64,000 nt of DNA. Origin: an uncultured Bacilli bacterium. GTDB lineage: Bacteria > Bacillota_I > Bacilli_A > RF39 > UBA660. A program made the position numbers and the translations under genes. Under the pieces are notes generated by a model. That model made no database searches. It saw only the letters and a list, made by a program, of their open reading frames with translations, and was not told the DNA's origin. The number at the start of each line of letters is the position of its first letter. The first letter of the stretch is position 1. Positions 57,160-64,000 of the stretch are shown here, one piece after another. Location of the stretch: contig CAKOXI010000002.1 in the NCBI GenBank assembly GCA_934130045.1, positions 728 through 64,727 of the forward strand. Direction: 5' to 3'.

Positions 57160-57489
57160 ATGTATCAAGATGGAGTTCTATTAACTGTTAAAGATATTTT
57201 AGATAAAGAATTTAAGATTGATACTAGAGGATATAGACCGCAAGAAGTTGATAAATTTTTAGATCTAATTATTAGAGATTATGAGGAATTTTCTAGTAAA
57301 ATTGAAAGTTTAGAAAATGAAAAAAAAGAACTAATCGATGATAACATTAGATTAAAACAAGAAATTCGCAATTTAAAAACAAAATTAGAAGTTGTAAAAG
57401 AAAATGCGAATGAAGAAATTACTAATGCTGATATCTTAAGAAGATTATCTAATATTGAAAAAGTAATATATGGTAGAGATGAAAATTAA
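57160..57489 (+). CDS. gpsB: Cell-cycle/divisome protein GpsB (DivIVA-domain)
   Basis: LTVKDILDKEFKIDTRGYRPQEVDKFLDLIIRDYEEF followed by a coiled coil. About 110 aa. An alternative ATG at 57154 is too close to the SD. Confidence 0.88.
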   Translation: MYQDGVLLTVKDILDKEFKIDTRGYRPQEVDKFLDLIIRDYEEFSSKIESLENEKKELIDDNIRLKQEIRNLKTKLEVVKENANEEITNADILRRLSNIEKVIYGRDEN

Positions 57490-57490
57490 A

Positions 57491-57855
57491 ATAATATTTT
57501 GACAAACGCTGCATTTCTTTGATGTAGAGGAAAGTCCATGCTCACACTAATCTGTGATGATAGTAGTGTTCGTGCTTAGGGAAAAAATAACCTAAGGTAG
57601 TATTTTATACTAACGGCGTCGAAGTAACCTAAGTTAGCTATAATATGGTTATGTTAGACATAAAGTGCCAAAGAGACGATTTTTTTTAGAAATGAAAAAA
57701 GTGGAACGTGGTAAACCCCGCGAGTGAGAAACCCAAATTTTGGTAGGGGAACCTAATAAGGGAGAATTAAGAATTCCTTATGGGATTGCTGCATGCAATA
57801 GATAAATGTTTGTCGCCTGTTAATCAGGAACAGAACATGGCTTATAAAATATTAT
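57491..57855 (+). ncRNA. rnpB: RNase P RNA, bacterial type B
   Basis: Universal blocks gaggaaagtccatgctc, gtggaacgtggtaaaccccgcgagtgagaaacccaaattttggtaggggaacc and acagaacatggcttat. A perfect 10-bp P1 pairing (ataatatttt / aaaatattat) defines the ends. Followed by a T-run. Position after gpsB as in B. subtilis. Confidence 0.93.
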
Positions 57856-57895
57856 TTTTTTTGATGTTTATAAATAAAAGGAAAGTCGGTGAATT

Positions 57896-58327
57896 ATGAA
57901 AGAAATTGGTATTAAACTCATGGAAACTCGTGAAGGTATGGGAATATCAATAGAAGAAGCAGCCGAAGATTTAAAGGTAAAAAAAAATCAAATTGAAAAT
58001 ATAGAACAAGGAAATATGGATGCATTTAAAGATGTTTTTTACTTAAAATATTTTATTAGGGATTATGCTAAATACTTAGGACTTGATTATGAGGATATGG
58101 TTGATGAATTTAATGAATATTTATTTGATTATACTTCAAAAATATCAATTGAAGATATTAAACAAGCTCAAAATAAGGGAAAAGATAAGAAAATAAAAAA
58201 AGAAGAAAGAATTATGTCTCCATATACTGTTGAAAATAGAAAAAACTTTTTAATTCCAAATGCATATATATATTTCATTATTGGCTTATTTATATTATTA
58301 ATAGTAATAATTGTTATTGTTTTTTAG
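57896..58327 (+). CDS. RodZ/YmfM-like HTH (XRE-type) membrane protein, short form
   Basis: N-terminal HTH (LMETREGMGISIEEAAEDLKVKKNQIENIEQG) and a C-terminal TM. Precedes pgsA as ymfM does in Bacillus. Confidence 0.7.
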   Translation: MKEIGIKLMETREGMGISIEEAAEDLKVKKNQIENIEQGNMDAFKDVFYLKYFIRDYAKYLGLDYEDMVDEFNEYLFDYTSKISIEDIKQAQNKGKDKKIKKEERIMSPYTVENRKNFLIPNAYIYFIIGLFILLIVIIVIVF

Positions 58328-58340
58328 GAAGGTGTATGTT

Positions 58341-58949
58341 ATGAATTTACCAAATAAACTTACGATTACTAGAATGGTACTATCTGTAATTGTTATATTA
58401 ATTTTAGTTTTTCCATTTGATTCTGCTGGAATTAATTTTCCAAAGTTATTTATTAGTGAATCAATAGTAGTCGATATAAAATATTTTATAGCTGGAGCAT
58501 TATTTATAATAGCGTCAGTTACAGATTTTTTAGATGGTCATATTGCAAGAAAATATAATTTAGTTACAGATTTTGGAAAAGTTATGGATGCAATAGCTGA
58601 TAAAGTATTAGTTAATTCTGTATTAATTATATTATCTGCAAGTGGATTCATTCATCCGATTATCCCAGTAATTGTTATAACACGTGATAGTGTTGTTAAT
58701 TCTATAAAAATGGTTGCTGGAAATAATGGTAGGGTAGTTGCTGCAATAAAAAGTGGTAAGTTAAAAACAATTTTTTTAATGTGTGGAATTACATTAACTC
58801 TTTTTTACAATTTACCATTTGAATTATGGAATATAAAAATATCTGATTGTTTACTTGTAATAGCGGCTATATTAGCTCTTATTTCTGGAATTCAATATTA
58901 TTATATGAATAAAGATTTATTATTCAAAAAAAATGAAATTGAAAAATAA
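58341..58949 (+). CDS. pgsA: CDP-diacylglycerol--glycerol-3-phosphate 3-phosphatidyltransferase
   Basis: LPNKLTITR, DFLDGHIARKYNLVTDFGKVMDAIADK (CDP-alcohol phosphatidyltransferase motif). The ATG at 58341 follows SD aggaaggtg. Confidence 0.92.
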   Translation: MNLPNKLTITRMVLSVIVILILVFPFDSAGINFPKLFISESIVVDIKYFIAGALFIIASVTDFLDGHIARKYNLVTDFGKVMDAIADKVLVNSVLIILSASGFIHPIIPVIVITRDSVVNSIKMVAGNNGRVVAAIKSGKLKTIFLMCGITLTLFYNLPFELWNIKISDCLLVIAAILALISGIQYYYMNKDLLFKKNEIEK

Positions 58950-58957
58950 TTTTTTTC

Positions 58958-58998
58958 AAAAAGTTATAAATTGTTATAACTTTTTATTTTTTTTATTT
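58958..58998 (+). terminator. Intrinsic terminator
   Basis: Perfect 10-bp stem aaagttataa/ttataacttt, attg loop, long T-tail. Confidence 0.8.
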
Positions 58999-59026
58999 AG
59001 GTAAAAAAAGGTTTTACAAAAATAAA

Positions 59027-59040
59027 CGAACAAATTTTCG
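59027..59040 (+). promoter_or_regulatory. LexA (Cheo/SOS) box upstream of recA
   Basis: cgaacaaattttcg compared with the Firmicute consensus CGAAC-N4-GTTCG (one mismatch). It lies just upstream of the recA -35. Confidence 0.6.
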
Positions 59041-59049
59041 TAAAAAGTG

Positions 59050-59078
59050 TTGACATTTAATATTTTATAATGTAAAAT
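59050..59078 (+). promoter_or_regulatory. recA promoter
   Basis: ttgaca (59050-59055), 17-nt spacer, tg-n-taaaat extended -10 (59070-59078). Confidence 0.55.
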
Positions 59079-59105
59079 TAGTTTGTAATGTTAGGAGGCA
59101 AAAAA

Positions 59106-60128
59106 ATGGCAACAAAAACAACTAATGATAAAACATTAGATCAAGTATTATTAGATATAGAAAAACAATTTGGTAAGGGTGCTGTAATGAAACTTGGCGA
59201 TAATGAACATAGAGAAATAGACACAATTTCAAGTGGGTCATTATCATTAGATATTGCTCTTGGTATAGGCGGATATCCAAAGGGAAGAATTATTGAAATA
59301 TATGGACCAGAATCTAGTGGTAAAACTACATTTGCCCTTCATGCTATTGCTGAGGCTCAAAAAAAAGGTGGTAGAGCAGCTTTTATAGATGCTGAACATT
59401 CACTTGACCCACAATATGCTTCAAAATTAGGTGTAAACATTAATGATTTATTACTATCACAACCAGATAATGGCGAACAAGCTTTAGAAATATGTGAAGC
59501 ATTAGTTAGAAGTGGAGCTATTAGTGTTATTGTTATTGATTCAGTAGCTGCATTAGTACCTCAAGCAGAAATAGAGGGTGAAATGGGTGATACACACGTT
59601 GGACTTCAAGCTCGTCTTATGAGTCAAGCACTTCGTAAATTATCTGGAATTATTAATAAGACAAATACTATTGCAATTTTTATAAATCAATTAAGAGAAA
59701 AAGTTGGGGTTATGTTTGGTAATCCAGAAACAACACCAGGTGGAAGGGCATTAAAGTTTTATGCTTCAGTACGTTTGGAAATAAGAAGATCAGAACAAAT
59801 TAAATTAGGTACTGATATTATTGGAAATAAAACAAGTATTAAAGTAGTAAAAAATAAGATGGCACCTCCATTCAAGTCTTGTGTTGTAGATATTATGTAT
59901 GGTGAAGGTGTATCAATAGAAGGCGAAATTGTAGATCTTGCTAGCGATATAGGTGTAATTGAAAAAACTGGTGCTTGGTATTCTTATAATGGTGAAAAAT
60001 TAGGTCAAGGTAAAGAAAATGTTAAAGAACTATTGAAGAAAAATACTGAACTAAAAAATGAACTTTTAAATAAAGTTAGAGAACATTATGAAATTAATAA
60101 TGAAAAGAAAGAAGCAACTGAAAAATAA
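59106..60128 (+). CDS. recA: Recombinase RecA
   Basis: [16 protein letters not shown] (Walker A), [39 protein letters not shown]. The ATG at 59106 follows SD aggagg. Confidence 0.97.
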   Translation: MATKTTNDKTLDQVLLDIEKQFGKGAVMKLGDNEHREIDTISSGSLSLDIALGIGGYPKGRIIEIYGPESSGKTTFALHAIAEAQKKGGRAAFIDAEHSLDPQYASKLGVNINDLLLSQPDNGEQALEICEALVRSGAISVIVIDSVAALVPQAEIEGEMGDTHVGLQARLMSQALRKLSGIINKTNTIAIFINQLREKVGVMFGNPETTPGGRALKFYASVRLEIRRSEQIKLGTDIIGNKTSIKVVKNKMAPPFKSCVVDIMYGEGVSIEGEIVDLASDIGVIEKTGAWYSYNGEKLGQGKENVKELLKKNTELKNELLNKVREHYEINNEKKEATEK

Positions 60129-60248
60129 ATCAAGTGCTTTTTTTATTTATTAAATTATTAAGAAAAGTTTGCGCTTGACTTATTTAATTATTAACTATAA
60201 AATAAAAATAGAACATTTTTATGTTTGTAGAATAAATGGAGGTATATT

Positions 60249-61802
60249 ATGAATGATATTACTTTCTCCATTTTATTGGTACTTATTGGAATTATTGTCG
60301 GAGTAGTTTTAATTATTATATATAATTATCTTAAAGGAAATTCTGCATTAAAAAAGGCAGATTCAATAATAGAAAAAGCTAATAAAGAAGCAGAAAAAAT
60401 AAAAAAAGAACAAATTTTAGAAGCTAAAGAAGAATCTTATAAGATAAAAAAAGAAACGGATCAATTAGTTAAAGAGAAAAAAAATGAAATTAAAGATAAC
60501 GAAGAAAGGCTTTTGGTTCGTGAAAATAATATAGATAGAAGAGATCAAATTTTACAAAACCGTGAACAAATGTTAGAGGAAAAAGAAAATAATTTGATTG
60601 GTAGACAAAAAGATATCCAAAAAGAACAAGACAAAGTGGAGCAAATAAAAAAGGATCAAATAGATTTACTTGAAAAAATTGCAGGTTTTTCTAAAGAACA
60701 AGCAAAAGAATTAGTTATGAAAAAAGTAGAAGATATGATGGATTTAGAATTATCTGCATATATCAAAGATAGAGAGGCAGAAGCTAAATTAGAAGCTGAT
60801 AAAATATCTAAAAGTATGTTAGTTTCTTGTATGCAAAAATATGCAGGAGACGTTGCTAATGATCAAACAGTTACTGTTGTAACTTTACCTAATGATGATA
60901 TGAAAGGACGTATTATTGGTAGGGAAGGAAGAAATATAAGAACAATTGAGGCTGTTACTGGTGTTGATTTAATTATTGATGATACTCCAGAAGCTATTAT
61001 TTTATCAAGTTTTGATCCTTATCGCAGGGAAATTGCACGTGTAACAATAGAAACCTTAATTAAGGATGGTAGAATTCATCCAACACGTATTGAAGAAGTT
61101 TATGATAAAGTTTCTAAAGAATTGCGTGAGAAGGTTTTAGAATATGGACAAGCAGCATTATTTGAATTAGGAATAACAAAAATGGAACCAGAATTAGTTG
61201 AATTAGTAGGAAAGCTTCATTTTAGAACTAGTTATGGTCAGAATGCTTTAAAACATTCAATGGAAGTTGCTCATATTTGCGGAATTTTGGCTAGTGAAAT
61301 TGGTGAGAATCAAAATCTCGCAAAAAGAGCTGGCTTACTTCATGATATCGGTAAATCAGTAGATCATGAAATGGAAGGAAGCCATGTAACAATAGGAGCT
61401 GAATTAGCAAAAAAATACAAAGAAAATGAAGTTGTCATTAATTCTATTGAATCACATCATGGTGATAAACCTGCTAATTATGTAATTTCTGAGTTGGTAT
61501 CTATTGCGGATACTTTATCAGCATCACGTCCAGGTGCAAGAAATGATTCGCTAGACAATTACATTAAAAGAATGGAAGAATTAGAGGCGATTGCTTCAAA
61601 TATGGAAGGAATTGAAAAATCATTTGCGGTTCAAGCTGGTAGAGAACTTCGTGTAATTGTTAACCCAGAAAAAATTGATGATTTAAAAAGTTATAAAATA
61701 GCTCGTGATATAAAAAATAGAATTGAAGAAGAACTTCAATATCCAGGAACAATAAAGGTAACTGTAATAAGAGAAACAAGAGCAGTAGAAGAAGCGAAAT
61801 AG
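60249..61802 (+). CDS. rny: Ribonuclease Y
   Basis: N-terminal TM, coiled coil, KH domain ([12 protein letters not shown]), HD domain (HSMEVAHI...LLHDIGK). Confidence 0.95.
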   Translation: MNDITFSILLVLIGIIVGVVLIIIYNYLKGNSALKKADSIIEKANKEAEKIKKEQILEAKEESYKIKKETDQLVKEKKNEIKDNEERLLVRENNIDRRDQILQNREQMLEEKENNLIGRQKDIQKEQDKVEQIKKDQIDLLEKIAGFSKEQAKELVMKKVEDMMDLELSAYIKDREAEAKLEADKISKSMLVSCMQKYAGDVANDQTVTVVTLPNDDMKGRIIGREGRNIRTIEAVTGVDLIIDDTPEAIILSSFDPYRREIARVTIETLIKDGRIHPTRIEEVYDKVSKELREKVLEYGQAALFELGITKMEPELVELVGKLHFRTSYGQNALKHSMEVAHICGILASEIGENQNLAKRAGLLHDIGKSVDHEMEGSHVTIGAELAKKYKENEVVINSIESHHGDKPANYVISELVSIADTLSASRPGARNDSLDNYIKRMEELEAIASNMEGIEKSFAVQAGRELRVIVNPEKIDDLKSYKIARDIKNRIEEELQYPGTIKVTVIRETRAVEEAK

Positions 61803-61955
61803 TAATGTTTAATTACTATTTTTTTTATCATAAATGTTTTAAAAATAGTGAAATATAAAAATTTAAATTTAAACTTATTTTTAATTTTATTCTATAAATA
61901 ATTGATAATATATTAAGTCTATGTTAAAATGATATAAATGATTAGGAGGTAAAAC

Positions 61956-62480
61956 ATGGAAAAATATATTCCTGATATGTATCAAAAAAATATTTTTTCA
62001 ATAGATTATCAAAAATTATTAAATAAGGGAATTAAATGTATCTTATTTGATTTGGATAATACTTTAGTACCAATAACAAATTGTAAACCTAATGAAGAAG
62101 TAAAAAAGCTTTTTAATGATTTAAAGGATAAAGGATTTAAAGTAATAATTTTTTCCAATAGTACAAAAAAAAGATTAAAGAATTTTAAAGACGAGTTACA
62201 AGTAGAATGTATTTCATCGGCAAGAAAACCAATGAAAAATAAATTTTTATATGTTTTAGAAAATTATCAATTAAATATTAATGAAGTTGCAATTATTGGT
62301 GATCAAATTTTAACAGATATAGTAGGCGGAAATAAAGTTGGAATAATGACTATTTTAGTTACACCAATTAGTGATAAAGATTTTTTTATTACAAAATTTA
62401 ATAGAATAAGAGAAAGACATATTATGAAAAAACTTCGCGATAAAAATCTTTTTTCTAAAGGAAGATATTATGAGTTATAA
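61956..62480 (+). CDS. yqeG: YqeG-family HAD-IIIA phosphatase
   Basis: GIKCILFDLDNTLV, SNS, IGDQILTDIVGGN. Followed by yqeH. Confidence 0.85.
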   Translation: MEKYIPDMYQKNIFSIDYQKLLNKGIKCILFDLDNTLVPITNCKPNEEVKKLFNDLKDKGFKVIIFSNSTKKRLKNFKDELQVECISSARKPMKNKFLYVLENYQLNINEVAIIGDQILTDIVGGNKVGIMTILVTPISDKDFFITKFNRIRERHIMKKLRDKNLFSKGRYYEL

Positions 62481-63441
62481 GTGTGTTGGGTGTGGAATAG
62501 AATTACAGAATACTGATCGTGACTTACTTGGTTATGTTGATGATTTAGATAAAAAATTATGTGAACGTTGTTTTAGAATAAGAAATTATAATGAATATCA
62601 GAAAGTTGAAAAAGAAACTGAGGATTTTTATTCGGTAGTGGATATTATTAATAATACAAATGATTTGGTTGTTTTAATAGTTGATATAATGTGTATTGGC
62701 AATGAATTATTTAATCTTGTATCAAAATTAAAGAGTAAACCATTTATTGCTATATCTAAAAGGGATCTTTTTTCTTATAAAGCAAAAGATGAGAAAATAT
62801 GTTCAATAATTGATGTTCCATCAATTGATAAAATTGTTTTTAGTTCAAAAAATAATTATAATTTAGATTTATTAATGGAAAAAATTGATAAATATAGAAC
62901 ATCAGATAATGTTTATATTGTAGGTCTTACTAATTCTGGTAAATCAACATTAATAAACAAGATAATATATAATTATACCGACTTAAATTTAAATATTACT
63001 ACTAGTATGTTGCCATCTACTACATTATCATTAATGGAAATACCAGTTAAAAAAAATTTGACACTTATAGATACTCCTGGAATAGTAGATACAGGAAATA
63101 TTTGTAATTATTTAAGTGTAGAAACATTAAAAAAAATATATTCCAAAAAAGAAATAAAACCAATTACTTATCAAATGAAATTAGGACAGTATATATATAT
63201 TGAAGATATTTTAAAAATAGATTTTATTAAGGATTGTGATGTTACTTTTTATATCTCTAATTCACTAAAAATAGAAAGAAAATATAAAGATAGTGATACT
63301 AATCTTTTTAAAAGAAATTTTGAAATAAAAAGTAAATCAATTATTATTATTAATGGTCTTGGTTTTATTTTATTAAATAAAAAAACAAATATAAATTTAT
63401 ATACATATGAAAATGTGGAAATTACAGTAAAAAATGTGTAG
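62470..63441 (+). CDS. yqeH: Ribosome-biogenesis GTPase YqeH (shorter than usual)
   Basis: N-terminal zinc finger CVGCG...CERC. Circularly permuted GTPase with GLTNSGKSTLINK and DTPG. Confidence 0.8.
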   Translation: MSYKCVGCGIELQNTDRDLLGYVDDLDKKLCERCFRIRNYNEYQKVEKETEDFYSVVDIINNTNDLVVLIVDIMCIGNELFNLVSKLKSKPFIAISKRDLFSYKAKDEKICSIIDVPSIDKIVFSSKNNYNLDLLMEKIDKYRTSDNVYIVGLTNSGKSTLINKIIYNYTDLNLNITTSMLPSTTLSLMEIPVKKNLTLIDTPGIVDTGNICNYLSVETLKKIYSKKEIKPITYQMKLGQYIYIEDILKIDFIKDCDVTFYISNSLKIERKYKDSDTNLFKRNFEIKSKSIIIINGLGFILLNKKTNINLYTYENVEITVKNV

Positions 63442-63504
63442 TTTCTTTTTTCTTGCATTTATAATTTATTAAATGTATAATTGTTATAGTAAGGTAGGGG
63501 TAAT

Positions 63505-64000
63505 ATGTTAGGAAATATTATAGGATATGTTGATAATGAATTTTTAGTGAAATTAAGTATAGATTTAAATAAGTTTCAAAATATTATAAATTTATATGTG
63601 TTAATTCAGGACCAAGAAAATAAGTATGTTGGTGAGATAACAAGTGTATATGATGATATTGCACACATATCTTTATTAGGAGAATTTGTAGGTGAACAAT
63701 TTGTAACTGGTGTCTTAAAAAATCCTTCTTTTTCGGCAAATGTTAGACTTATATCTAAAGAAAGAATGAATTTAATTATTGGTATAAATAATTATATAGA
63801 AAATAAACATTTATATTTAGGAAATAGTGCACTTTATGATGGATTGAAAATTGGTGTATCTATAAATGATTTTTTGGGTAACCATTTTGCAATATTAGGC
63901 TCAACTGGTACAGGTAAATCAAGTTGTCTATCAAGAATATTACAAAACTTGTTTTCTAAGCAAAATTCTATAGCTTATAAATCAAGCATATTTATTTTTG
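63505..64000 (+). CDS. HerA-like (DUF87) ATPase, 5' partial; runs off the window
   Basis: ATG at 63505 after SD aaggtagggg. An N-terminal barrel-like region is followed by Walker A HFAILGSTGTGKSS. The frame is open to the window end. Confidence 0.65.
   Translation, partial: MLGNIIGYVDNEFLVKLSIDLNKFQNIINLYVLIQDQENKYVGEITSVYDDIAHISLLGEFVGEQFVTGVLKNPSFSANVRLISKERMNLIIGINNYIENKHLYLGNSALYDGLKIGVSINDFLGNHFAILGSTGTGKSSCLSRILQNLFSKQNSIAYKSSIFIF

Noticed and set aside
1-64000. Possibility of genetic code 4 (TGA = Trp), given the Mollicutes-like AT-richness
   Set aside because: Conserved Trp positions are TGG. TGA terminates several well-defined genes (for example ireB and the yrrM-like methyltransferase). 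All housekeeping ORFs are full length under code 11.

Overview
By eye this window is very AT-rich, roughly three-quarters A+T (not computed). It uses the standard bacterial code: TGG encodes Trp and TGA acts as a stop. It looks like chromosomal core from a low-GC Firmicute. Several gene blocks match Bacillus subtilis neighbourhoods: ireB-ruvX-DUF1292-mltG-yrrM, recU-ponA, gpsB-rnpB, rodZ-like-pgsA-recA-rny and yqeG-yqeH. spo0A is present, so the lineage is probably spore-forming, Bacilli- or Erysipelotrichia-like; I cannot name the organism. About 70 protein genes are supported, most on the + strand. The RNA and regulatory calls are:
- one type-B RNase P RNA;
- about 20 intrinsic terminators;
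- three sigma-A-type promoters;
- a LexA box upstream of recA.
No tRNA, rRNA, CRISPR array, transposase or prophage was seen. The observations most worth a second look are:
- (1) nrdD appears split, with the glycyl-radical domain on its own 59-codon ORF between nrdD and nrdG.
- (2) A roughly 410-450 nt relic of a class C group II intron (domains I-III only, no reverse transcriptase, no domain V/VI) sits directly after a terminator hairpin, inside a small accessory islet.
- (3) Two orphan pilin-like genes have no pilus machinery in the window, and one is a 590-aa FN3-array protein with a Cys-rich tail.
- (4) gpmI, pgk and tpiA are interleaved, and apparently co-transcribed, with pilin-like and envelope/glycolipid genes.
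- (5) A VTC / DUF4956 / beta-helix trio lies next to spo0A.
All family assignments come from reading motifs in the translations. No database search or computation was run.
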